Of a stretch of DNA of 37,009 nucleotides, positions 22,701 through 33,821 are shown piece by piece (position 1 is the first letter of the stretch; each line of letters starts with the position of its first letter). The DNA comes from Octopus bimaculoides. Lineage: Eukaryota. A program made the position numbers and the translations under genes. Where the stretch lies: NCBI RefSeq assembly GCF_001194135.2, contig NC_068987.1, positions 46,989,657 to 47,026,665 of the forward strand, given 5' to 3'. The notes under the pieces are model-generated. The model ran no database searches. It was given only the letters and a program-made list of their open reading frames with translations, and was not told where the DNA came from.

Positions 22701-25700
22701 AAATCTTCAAAAGAGATTATTGAATCGGAAGACAGTTCTAAAGAACTGAAGACTGTTTCGTCTGAGGTCGATCGTAAAGATAGTATTGATTCGAAAGAAT
22801 TATCAAACCAGAAACAAGGAATGCCAGACGCTCTGGAAAACACCGAATGTAAACCTGGCGTTAGTTTACAGAAATCTGATGAAGAAAGAATTAGCGATAA
22901 AATTTCTGAAGATAAAAGTCAGTCTAGTTCCGAAGAATTAAGCATTCAAAAACCTTTGTCTGTTACTGAAAGTACCGAAGATGTCTCTAAAGTAGATACC
23001 AAAGAGTCTCGGAAACTGGAGAATTCAGAAAAGCTTTCAAAGGCTCTTGAAAGTTCTTCAGATCTTAACAGGGATCAAAACTCTGTGAAGGATTCGAGTC
23101 TTGAAAAACAGGAAGGTTTGAGACAACCTACAGTTTTGGATCCAAAGGAACCTGGACAATATGATGATGTAGAAGATAGTGATACAGACAAAACATCTGA
23201 TAATGAGTCTTCGGTGGAAACTTCCAGAGAAAAACCAGCTGGAACTGTTAAAGATCATCTCGAGGTAGATGAGACTCAAAAAATATTGCATGAAGAAAAT
23301 AATAAACTTGAAGTAAACGAGGAAGAAGAAAATAAGGTAGGAGTAAAACAGGATGAAAAGAATAATCTGGGAGTAAAACAGGAAGAAAATAATAAGGTAG
23401 GAGTAAAACAGGAAGAAGATAATAATCTGGGGGTAAAAGGGAAAGAAGATATTAAATTGGGCGTAAATGAAATCAATATTTTCTCAGACGACACTAGTAA
23501 TGAAAAGTTAAAATCCAGCTACGATGTCCAAGAAGACTCTTGCGAATCTAATTCCCAAACAGAACAAACACTCTCCGATAAGGTAGATAAAAGTGAAGAT
23601 CAAACTAACATCACCAACAAAGATGTATCACAGCAACAAGTAACTGCTAAAGAAGGGGATGTATCGGAAAAAGAACAGCCATTAAGTGATGTAGATACTT
23701 CTACAAAACATATTGCTAACGAAGATAATCGGGATGCTGAGTTAGTGCAGGTAAAGGACAGTCAGGAGCCTGTTGCTAATGATGATATTCAGGATGCCAA
23801 GTTAGCCCAAATAAAGGAAAATGAAAATACTGAAAATAGGCGCCCAGAACCCAAGAATGAAATCAAATCAATCAAAGTTGAGGGTTTTAATATTGGTTTG
23901 CCAGAAAATATTGTCGGCACTGATAGTGAAGAAACGGATGAAGAATCTCCGAAAGTTCCACTCAATAAGGCATTCATTTTTGATCAGTTCAGGGATGCTG
24001 ACGAAGAGGAAGATTATGCTGATGAGGATGAAGCTGAAGATGATGATGACAGTGAAGAAATCGTAGAACGTTCGGGCGACAAATCGAGTAATTCACTTCC
24101 GTCTGAGGAATTAGTCGTTAAAGGTTTGAAGGAAAATAAAAATCTTGTTCGTCAGTCACAGTCAGAAGGTAAAAATAAGAAATTTATCAAAAGCTTTGAT
24201 GGTGACCGAAATATAGACGAGACACAGACCACCACCGAGATTCCATCGACAAAAGCTTTATCAAAGGAAAGAACTGTGGACCATAATGAACACGAGTCGA
24301 AGTTAGATAATGAAAAGGCTGTCAAAATGGAGTCGATTAAAGAACCTAAGTCCGTCACTTTAGATGACAAGTCATTTGAATGCACTAGCTCCACCGAAGA
24401 TACTCGAAGTAACAAAATACGACGTGCAAAGACAAAGTCGAAAATTTACACCCAACAAAATGCTGCAGAGAGCAAAACTGACATTGACAGCAAATATGAA
24501 AGAACTAGTAAAATTGTTGATAACAGTGAAAAGGTCACATCACAAGATAACATTTCTAAACTTGCCGCAAATACTGAACCACAATCGTCTTCCGAAAACA
24601 CAGATGTTTTGCAAGATATTATTCATAATATTAAGCAGACATTGCAAGAACGTAGCCTTAGCGACAACATTATATCTACGGTTATAGAATCATTGAAAAC
24701 CAAAGAGATTTTGGCTGATGTAACAAAAACAGAAGTAACAAGCAAAACAGATGTTCCATTCACCTCACACATTCCTGATGAGATTCTATCAGAAAACGCG
24801 GTCCAGAATAGCAAGCAATCATCCAGCCTGAACGAAAATGTTGATTTAAAGTCAGGCCCCAGCATCGACATTTTCGTATCCGAAAATGAAAAACTTGACG
24901 ATAAGTTTTCCAATAAGGCAAATCTTCCTGAAGCATCAGAACTAATTAAAGACATTACCAGTTCTATTGATATATCGAGTGAAGAAAACTANNNNNNNNN
25001 NNNNNNNNNNNNNNNNNNNNNNNNNNNNNNNNNNNNNNNNNNNNNNNNNNNNNNNNNNNNNNNNNNNNNNNNNNNNNNNNNNNNNNNNNNNNNNNNNNNN
25101 NNNNNNNNNNNNNNNNNNNNNNNNNNNNNNNNNNNNNNNNNNNNNNNNNNNNNNNNNNNNNNNNNNNNNNNNNNNNNNNNAACGATGAAAATGATGATAT
25201 GGATGTTTTTCTGGATGCAAATGAAAATATTGTTACTGATTCGAATATTGATATTAAAGATGAATCTGAACAGTCGGGAGAATTTTTCTTCACCATATCT
25301 ACGGAATTAGAAAATGCTGGAGACGAAGAAAATGACAATGAAGTAAATGTCGTGTTTTACATCGATGATAAACAGTCAGAATTATCAGTCGATGCAGACG
25401 ACAAATCCGAAGTGCAAGACGCCATTTTATTTGATGGTTCCGAAACCAACGTTGAATTTACTCTGGATTATAAATTTAATGAAGTAGACGATGTTTGTGA
25501 GGAGAAATACATATTAAATGACGATGCTATTGAGACAGAAATTCAAAGTGAAGAAGCAGAGAATAATTTGAAGTATTCTACAGATTATAATAAAATTAGT
25601 GACAGTAAGCGATGGTCTTCCGAAGATATGGGCGAAGAAACCACTACAGATAACACTGAAGAAGAATCAACTGTTTCTGTGACGGAACATTTGTCGTCTG

Positions 25701-28414
25701 ACATTAGTGGAGAGATAAATTTAGGAACACCAAATGAGTATAAAACATCAAACGACACTTTTGAAATGTCCCAGCAAGATAACTTGTTAGAAAAAACGAG
25801 TCCAGTTGCGTTCGAAAATGATGTTGGTAACTATAAGACCATAACGTCGTCTAAAGAAACTAATGACGATTTGAAAACGTCTGATTCAAAAGAGTTCTAT
25901 CAATATTCTAAAAAGGACAGCTTTGGGTCTGACACCATGGATTCGTCAGAAAACTATACTAGGACTGAAAGAAACGTCGAAGATACAAATAAAGTGTCAG
26001 ATACTTATTCAGATGGTTGTGATGAAGATGATGAGGTGGATAGTCTAATTGCAAACACTAGAAAACTTTTGCAAGGATTCCGTAAAATGAGGCTTCGTCA
26101 AGAAGAAGAACTTGAAATCTGGCGAAATCAGAAAGACAAGGATGTTTGTGATAGGGTCCCAACAGAGAGCTTAATCGGTAAACCGCCATACGAAGACATT
26201 CTACAGATAACAAATGAATGGGACAAGACAGATAAGAGTTGTGTAGATGACAGTGTAGATGAGACACACAGATATCAACAGAAACAAACAGAGTTTAATG
26301 ACACAGTAACTGTATCTCAGAAACACAAGGATTCTGAAACGTCTTCCGTCAGTTATAATGAGGATTTGTCACGTGACTCTCCAAGAGACTATAATAAAGC
26401 TGACACTATATCTTCACTTAAGACAGAAACAAAACCTGAAGCTGAACCTATGTCTAATATCTATGGAGAGACATTAGACACATCTTCGAGGTACCATCAA
26501 GAGACAGATGTGTTTTCTATGCCTCCTCCCGACAAAGAAGAGTTCGATAATAACTTCACAAATGCCAAAGATACCGCAAACAATTTAGAAAATGCGAAAA
26601 GGTCCAAAAAACATACGGAAATGGAGATTCGTAGGATTCTGATGACAGACTTATCACCGATACGAGAATTAGATGAAGAACAGAGCTTGCCAGAAACTAA
26701 CAATTTACAGGAGGAGTCTCAAGTACACAGTTTGGATATTCCTACGAACGATACTGTTCCTGCACCTTCCGATAGTCTCGTTAAAGAATGTGAAAAAGAA
26801 CCGTTATTGAACATCGAAATTGAGGTTGAAGGTGCAATTTATGATGAGACTAAACCAGTTGATGTTGCTACTGATAAACACTTGCCACCGCAAAAACCAT
26901 ACGTCAAGAGCAAAGAAGAATATAAAGACGATAATGTCGAGACTGTGATGGAAAAATGGGGTAGTATGCTTCTTCTTGATAAAGGTAGAAGTCGCAAAGC
27001 AAAGCAAAAGGACACCAAGACTCGGAAAAAGACATCAGACACTTCAGAACCATTGACTGAAAAAATATGCAATGTAACAAAAGATCAGGAACCAACGAAA
27101 GTCTGCGATACTGTCACAGCTAAGGAACCGAGTAAAGAAAAGAGTTTTGATGGTTCTAAACATTCGGAATCAACAAAAGTCCACGATACTGCTTTACTTC
27201 CGGAATCGCATAAAGAAAATAGCTTTGGTCGCTCCAAACTTCCGGAACCAACGAAAGTCCATAATACTGCTACACTTCCTGAACCAAGTAAAGAGAAGAA
27301 TTTTGGTACTTCCAAGCTTTCTGAAACAACCAAAGAACAAATCAGTGAAAAGTCCAAGATTTTAGAACCAAGGAAAGAAGATATTTGCGATTCCTCCAAA
27401 TTATTGAAACCTTTGAGAGAACAAATCGATGAAACCTTCAAACTTTCGGAAACAGCAAGAGAAAAGATCAGTGGAGACACGAAACTTTCGCAAACAGTTA
27501 ATGAAAATATTAAAGAAACCTCCAACGTTCCAGAAACACTCGTAGAAAAGAAGAGTGAAACTTATAAAGCACTGGAACCTTTGAAAGAAAACAACAGCGT
27601 AAGTCGAAAACTTCCGGAACCAAAAGAAGAAAAGTTCTTCCATACCACCAAACATCTGGATTCTTCGAAAGAAAACATCAGTGATATTTCTGTGAAAAAC
27701 AAGGAGGTTGAAGAGTATGGAAGGTTCCAACAGAGCACAGAGGGTCAGAGAAAAGTAGAACAAAAGAATCAATCTGAGTTTGATTCTCAACCCACAAAAA
27801 TAGCCGAACCTATCAGAAAGGCTGAAGATGATAAAAAGGATCAAACGCCCGAGAAAACTATTCGAAAGGATCCAAGACGAAAGGATTTAAGAACTTCAGT
27901 GAACGGTTCCTCTATGAATTCCGAAAAACCGAAAATCGAGCCAGTGTTAGACAAACCAAAGAAAACAAGAACTGCCGGAATGAGAAATGAGCAGCTGAAA
28001 CCTTGGCTATTTTCACATATGCAAAGTCCTGAGGATGAGGAAATGGAAAGTTTCATAAAGGTTTTGACTCAAAAGGACAACAGAGAGCGTAAGCAGAATA
28101 AAAAGGATGATGTTTCAATTTCCACTAAGGACAGGGATGTACCACTGGATAAGAAACAAGAGACAGAACCAGAAACCAAATACACCGAAACGCAGAAGAG
28201 TAACATTGTTGAGAGCATTGACAATACAAGTGTCACACACCCCAAAATATTGTCACAGACCCCAGAGGATATCGAAAGGAAATTGCTTCGAACTGACGGT
28301 AGTGAAAACGAGATGGTCTCAATAAGTGGTACTAAACCAAATAATGAAGTCCATGTTGAGAAACTTAATAGAAATTCTAACGTGGAAGATGTCAGAGAAA
28401 CATCGGCAAAGATT
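7755..28414 (+). CDS. Giant single-exon coding region, about 6,890 aa, acidic and low-complexity (E/K/S/D/T-rich), probably largely intrinsically disordered. It probably continues into downstream exons.
   Basis: 5,745 stop-free codons from ATG 7755 (A at -3, G at +4) up to the gap at 24992-25180. After the gap a second open frame of the same composition runs 25181-28414 (NDENDDMDVFLDANE...SAKI). That frame ends exactly at a consensus donor ATT|GTGAGT (phase 0); without splicing it stops at TGA 28433-28435. The region lacks the long non-coding microsatellites and TE insertions that crowd the flanks. Confidence 0.9.
8955..9292 (+). repeat. Coding tandem duplication, period 186 nt (62 aa)
   Basis: MRRSLTSEKINKDSK(V/A)TNRTSLPFMGINLHSKKSQE(F/L)S(V/A)SSQKTH(I/L)DQTAS at 8955-9106 and 9141-9292. 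Confidence 0.95.
12165..12470 (+). repeat. Coding Ser/Glu/Pro repeats, period 24 nt (8 aa, SSE(S/C)SPEL), two clusters
   Basis: SSESSPESSSESSPELSSEYSTE and VESSPELSSECSPELSSECSPELSSESS. Confidence 0.9.
17079..18200 (+). repeat. Purine-rich E/K low-complexity coding block; core KKEKKEREEK...KMKKE at 17079-17291
   Basis: Almost pure A/G codons with alternating Glu and Lys/Arg. Loose EVLVV/EISVV sub-repeats occur further on. Confidence 0.85.
20715..21596 (+). repeat. Five dispersed copies of a ~30-aa cassette D(L/I)xxRxxxLxxEMGxx(L/I/V)x(F/L)(K/R)K + Pro-rich tail
   Basis: Copies start at 20715, 20889, 21138, 21366 and 21504, all in frame. Confidence 0.9.
23301..23471 (+). repeat. Coding minisatellite, period 30 nt (10 aa, N(K/N)(V/L)GVKQEE(N/D)), 6 units with a 60-nt super-period
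   Basis: Units start at 23301, 23331, 23361, 23391, 23421 and 23451. Confidence 0.9.
24992..25180. other. Assembly gap (189 N) inside the giant exon. Other gaps: 3886-4438, 5618-5999, 28538-28963, 30298-30840, 33192-33740, 34760-34994, 36120-36171
   Basis: N runs read directly. Confidence 0.98.
27089..27680 (+). repeat. Coding repeat array: three 26-aa units (78 nt), then about eight 14-aa units (42 nt)
   Basis: E(P/S)TKVxxT...SKxx units at 27089, 27167 and 27245. Then ExxxExxxxxxKL(S/P/L)-type units every 42 nt from 27323 to 27659. Confidence 0.85.
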
Positions 28415-28420
28415 GTGAGT
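28415..28420 (+). other. Splice donor GTGAGT closing the giant exon (phase 0)
   Basis: Perfect GTGAGT directly after codon ATT (28412-28414). The ORF ends 6 codons later and (TG)n intronic sequence follows within about 70 nt. Confidence 0.8.
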
Positions 28421-28479
28421 ATTCGTTTATCGTGATTTTTATGAGACAGGTCCGCATTGTCATACAGATACGAATATAT

Positions 28480-28483
<4 letters not shown>

Positions 28484-28537
<54 letters not shown>

Positions 28538-28963
28538 NNNNNNNNNNNNNNNNNNNNNNNNNNNNNNNNNNNNNNNNNNNNNNNNNNNNNNNNNNNNNNN
28601 NNNNNNNNNNNNNNNNNNNNNNNNNNNNNNNNNNNNNNNNNNNNNNNNNNNNNNNNNNNNNNNNNNNNNNNNNNNNNNNNNNNNNNNNNNNNNNNNNNNN
28701 NNNNNNNNNNNNNNNNNNNNNNNNNNNNNNNNNNNNNNNNNNNNNNNNNNNNNNNNNNNNNNNNNNNNNNNNNNNNNNNNNNNNNNNNNNNNNNNNNNNN
28801 NNNNNNNNNNNNNNNNNNNNNNNNNNNNNNNNNNNNNNNNNNNNNNNNNNNNNNNNNNNNNNNNNNNNNNNNNNNNNNNNNNNNNNNNNNNNNNNNNNNN
28901 NNNNNNNNNNNNNNNNNNNNNNNNNNNNNNNNNNNNNNNNNNNNNNNNNNNNNNNNNNNNNNN

Positions 28964-29001
<38 letters not shown>

Positions 29002-29014
29002 AAGAAAACGTATG

Positions 29015-29081
<67 letters not shown>
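28484..29081. repeat. (TG)n, gap, (TA)n, (AGAT)n microsatellite cluster just after the giant exon
   Basis: Direct reading; N-gap at 28538-28963. Confidence 0.95.
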
Positions 29082-29084
<3 letters not shown>

Positions 29085-29449
29085 GCTCAGGGAAAAAAGA
29101 ACTCCTAGATTGATTGAATATATATATAACAAGTGTATCAAGCACATCGATCCAATTTCAATATTATACAGACAGATATAGAAAAATAGCAGCAATCTTA
29201 ACAACTTTGCTTTGATGAAACCGTAATATTCTCTCCGACAATAGTTTCCTTATTGTAGAGTCGCCATAATAAACTCTGTCTCCACGGTAACGGCCGAGCT
29301 AAATTCAGCATACAGCCTTTTGGTGTGAAATCTTTGTTGGTCTGTTTGTCATTTATTTCGGTAAATCTTCCATACTGTACAATCTCTCTTCTTCCCCATC
29401 ATCACTCTCGCCTTCGTTTTCTCACCCCTTTTTTCCCTCACATTTAAAC

Positions 29450-29972
29450 ATATACACGTACACATGCATGCACACATAAACACATAGACACACAAATACG
29501 CGCTAACACACACATACAAACTGATCAAAACTTACGCACACGCACACACACATACACACACACACACACAAACGCACATATGCGCTGTATGTATATACAT
29601 ATATATATATGTATGTGTACATACAAACATACATGCATACATATAAATATACATATATATATATATACACACAAGCACATACATACATACATACATACAT
29701 ACATACATACATACATACATACATACATACATACATGGAAGGATATATGAACAACCATATATATGTATGTGCGTAGCTAATCACGAATAAGGTACAACAA
29801 CGTCCCAGAATTCTCCACCAAATCTAAAACAAGGTCAATCGGTAAATTCTTTATTTTTACCATTTATTCCCTGCACAATTCCAACACTCTCAGCATGATT
29901 GTTCTTTAGTACAAGCATATATACGCAATATATCTTGCACACACACTTATCCCCGACAGCAGGCAGCAATCC

Positions 29973-30042
<70 letters not shown>
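29450..30042. repeat. (CA)n/(TACA)n arrays and (TAG)n at ~29974-30042
   Basis: Direct reading. Confidence 0.9.
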
Positions 30043-30043
<1 letters not shown>

Positions 30044-30254
30044 GCATTTCTGTGCCATAGGTGCCATAGGTGCCAGGATTTTTTGTAAAACAGAAGTATA
30101 ATGTGTTGGGGCTCGACAATATCGACCACACGTTTTTTTATGCAATCTCTAGAAAAGTGTTATGCATATTTGATAAATAGATAGATGGATACATAGATAT
30201 ATAGATATGCATATATGTATATATGTGTGTGTGTGTATGTGTACATACACATAC

Positions 30255-30297
<43 letters not shown>

Positions 30298-30842
30298 NNN
30301 NNNNNNNNNNNNNNNNNNNNNNNNNNNNNNNNNNNNNNNNNNNNNNNNNNNNNNNNNNNNNNNNNNNNNNNNNNNNNNNNNNNNNNNNNNNNNNNNNNNN
30401 NNNNNNNNNNNNNNNNNNNNNNNNNNNNNNNNNNNNNNNNNNNNNNNNNNNNNNNNNNNNNNNNNNNNNNNNNNNNNNNNNNNNNNNNNNNNNNNNNNNN
30501 NNNNNNNNNNNNNNNNNNNNNNNNNNNNNNNNNNNNNNNNNNNNNNNNNNNNNNNNNNNNNNNNNNNNNNNNNNNNNNNNNNNNNNNNNNNNNNNNNNNN
30601 NNNNNNNNNNNNNNNNNNNNNNNNNNNNNNNNNNNNNNNNNNNNNNNNNNNNNNNNNNNNNNNNNNNNNNNNNNNNNNNNNNNNNNNNNNNNNNNNNNNN
30701 NNNNNNNNNNNNNNNNNNNNNNNNNNNNNNNNNNNNNNNNNNNNNNNNNNNNNNNNNNNNNNNNNNNNNNNNNNNNNNNNNNNNNNNNNNNNNNNNNNNN
30801 NNNNNNNNNNNNNNNNNNNNNNNNNNNNNNNNNNNNNNNNAG

Positions 30843-30922
30843 ATGAAATATTGAATATCAAATATTAAAGGACTAGTATACTTTCTTGCATTTAAGCAAT
30901 CTTCAATGTCCCATATTACACA

Positions 30923-30976
<54 letters not shown>

Positions 30977-31363
30977 CCACTGCATCGATCAGATTATCAG
31001 ATGTTGTTAGATATCGCTGGTCATAAATGCAGTCCCTTGAATCGTCTTAGCTTCCGAATGACGTCAGTCCGCTGTCTTAGCGGGTTGGCCAAACTTACCA
31101 CCTTAACGGAACGTAGGTCTGTCGCAGGGTTACCCATTGACAGCTGAGTGGACTGGTGCAATGTACAACGCGAAATAAAGTAGTTTGGTCAAGAACACAA
31201 TGCACCGCTGGTCTGATCTTGGAATTGAAACCACGATCTGACGACTGTGAGTGTATACCATGCGCATTTAAACACAGACATGTGCATACGCTTGCAGATA
31301 CATACATTCATATATACATATGCACAAAAATATATATATATACTTATATGTACATATATATTC

Positions 31364-31413
<50 letters not shown>

Positions 31414-31842
31414 AGTACATATATATACATGCATATAATGTGTATACATTTATACATGCATATCATATATACTTGCAAATAACATGTGTGTGTGTATCGT
31501 TGTTATTATGCAAAAGTGTCGTAAGTCCAAAACGTTGCTTCTTCAGAGAACGAAAATCTAGTTTCACCATTCCATAGCAAAACCGCTGTACTACACTTCG
31601 ACAATTTTTGATATCTTAACATCTGAAGCAGCTGGAAGTACGATACTTTGACCAAAAGAACAGGCTAAATAATAAATATTTAAAAAAACGCATTTGGCCA
31701 AAGTTGGACATACGACAGTTTAACATACTAGCAACGATATATATAGTGTGTATAACATTCCTGTCACAACCCGGGACCTTGAAGACTGCTAAAATGCAAG
31801 AAAGTATACTAGTCCTTTAATATTTGATATTCAATATTTCAT
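30843..31842. repeat. 70-bp inverted repeat pair (30843-30912 and 31773-31842) enclosing 860 bp
   Basis: ATGAAATATTGAATATCAAATATTAAAGGACTAGTATACTTTCTTGCATT...CTTCAA(T/G)GTCCC, 3 mismatches in 70 nt. The left arm abuts an N-gap and may be longer. Confidence 0.85.
31100..31285 (-). mobile_element. Degenerate CORE-type SINE, minus strand
   Basis: The reverse complement gives GGTTTCAATTCC (B box, 31221-31232) and GCATTGTGTTCTTGACCAAACTACTTTATTTCGCGTTG...CCAGTCCACTCAGCTG, matching the 34066 copy. Ends are approximate. Confidence 0.7.
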
Positions 31843-31973
31843 ATATTCAATAAGACAATCAATACTTCACTTCATTTTACTATATATACTATATATACTA
31901 TATATTCTATATCCTACATTAATATTATAAGAATATGAATGAAACATAAAAAAACAGTGTTGGAATTCTTTTG

Positions 31974-32013
<40 letters not shown>

Positions 32014-32210
32014 CATTTTCATGTGTTAAGGCTCCGCTACCTTCACATCCAACCATCAAGAAATTTGGTGCTTTACCACTAAACTATTTTTGTTCGATTC
32101 ATTGACTGAGTGTTCACTTTGGACCTGAGAAATTACTGGAGATAAGCTGTCTTGTTTGTTTCTTAATGATTTTACAAAGTATTTTGTAAACGTTAAATAT
32201 ATCTATGTGC

Positions 32211-32370
32211 ATTCTCTCCGTCTCTCTCTCCTCTTCTCTCTCTTTCTCTCCTCTTCTCTCTCTTCTCTTATCTTCTCTCTCTCTCTCCTCTTCTCTCTCT
32301 CCTCTTATCTTCTCTCTCTTCTTCTCTCTCTCTCCCGCTCTCCCTTTCTTTATCTATCTATCTATCTATT
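32211..32370. repeat. Polypyrimidine (CT)-rich tract followed by (TATC)n
   Basis: Direct reading. Confidence 0.9.
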
Positions 32371-33156
32371 TATCTCTCACTGTCTCTTAAAACCCAGTAC
32401 CTAGATTTTGACAGACAAACACATAGACAGACAAGTACATAGACAGAATGCATGTAGATATACTTCTAAGAGGTCTTCAGTAAATTGATAGTGAATATTA
32501 ATCAATGTTGCAGTTACTCTATAAAGAAAAACTGACAAAAATTTAATGCATAAACATTTAATTAAGAGTAATATACAAGTTTTCAGAAATTCTCATGGTT
32601 GCGTATAAACAAAAACAAAATGGCAGACGACTGAGCTAGGACTTAAAAAGTGAAAGCATGTGGCACACGTTTGTGAGATTTATTTCGTAACGTAATCCTG
32701 GCGTGTGCCTAGAGCATAGTTGATGTTGGTTCATGTTATACTTCACGATCGCACTGTTGGAATTTTCTTTTTCTTTCTTCTGTGTATGCACGTATATATG
32801 CGAAAAGGTAGAATGTACATGTATTTATGTGCATATACTTGCATGTATGTATTGATATTACTTAAATGTATATGCGCATGTGTAAGTGTATATATGAATC
32901 TATGAATCTATGAATCTGTTGTCTCGTAAGTAGGACAGCATTTAAATATTTTACTTCAAAAATCTGTCTATGCTCTGAGATTCCTTGTTCTATGCATTTC
33001 TGTTTAATTTCATTTGTTCGTACGTTTGTTTCTTTTGCGTATTTTAAAAGAGGTGTATTTATATGCGATTGCGTATAACAGCAGTTTCTGTCAGTGGATC
33101 TCTATGTTTCTGCACTTATTGAATGCTTGATACATGTGCATGTATGAAGGTATATA

Positions 33157-33191
<35 letters not shown>

Positions 33192-33765
33192 NNNNNNNNN
33201 NNNNNNNNNNNNNNNNNNNNNNNNNNNNNNNNNNNNNNNNNNNNNNNNNNNNNNNNNNNNNNNNNNNNNNNNNNNNNNNNNNNNNNNNNNNNNNNNNNNN
33301 NNNNNNNNNNNNNNNNNNNNNNNNNNNNNNNNNNNNNNNNNNNNNNNNNNNNNNNNNNNNNNNNNNNNNNNNNNNNNNNNNNNNNNNNNNNNNNNNNNNN
33401 NNNNNNNNNNNNNNNNNNNNNNNNNNNNNNNNNNNNNNNNNNNNNNNNNNNNNNNNNNNNNNNNNNNNNNNNNNNNNNNNNNNNNNNNNNNNNNNNNNNN
33501 NNNNNNNNNNNNNNNNNNNNNNNNNNNNNNNNNNNNNNNNNNNNNNNNNNNNNNNNNNNNNNNNNNNNNNNNNNNNNNNNNNNNNNNNNNNNNNNNNNNN
33601 NNNNNNNNNNNNNNNNNNNNNNNNNNNNNNNNNNNNNNNNNNNNNNNNNNNNNNNNNNNNNNNNNNNNNNNNNNNNNNNNNNNNNNNNNNNNNNNNNNNN
33701 NNNNNNNNNNNNNNNNNNNNNNNNNNNNNNNNNNNNNNNNATATATTTTTTTTTTTTTTTTCAAG

Positions 33766-33821
33766 ATTTGACAAAAAGGGGCGAAACAGTAAACGTCAGA
33801 TTTGCAGGCCGCGTCAATATG
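33766..33821 (+). CDS. Candidate 56-nt internal exon (xLTKRGETVNVRFAGRVNM or FDKKGRNSKRQICRPRQY)
   Basis: Long poly-T tract + CAAG acceptor ends at 33765, and donor ATG|GTGAGG is at 33822. It is a GC-richer island in AT-rich DNA. The phase-0 reading is ATT TGA (immediate stop). Confidence 0.45.

Noticed and set aside
24992-25310. Apparent frameshift or stop splitting the giant ORF into 5851-aa and 1078-aa genes
   Set aside because: The frame change falls within a 189-N gap of estimated size. A gap of 187 or 190 nt joins the frames, and composition is continuous. The track's tail TMKMMIWMFF... is the wrong frame.
9277-28325. Many antisense and alternate-frame ORFs inside the giant exon (S/L/F-rich)
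   Set aside because: These are shadow ORFs expected from the codon bias of the E/K/S/D-rich sense frame. None looks like a real protein.
7755-28414. Naming the gene as giant ankyrin, titin/sallimus, futsch/MAP1 or AKAP11
   Set aside because: No ankyrin, ZU5, death, Ig, Fn3 or other diagnostic domain is visible in the window. The resemblances are only in exon size, composition or short motifs.
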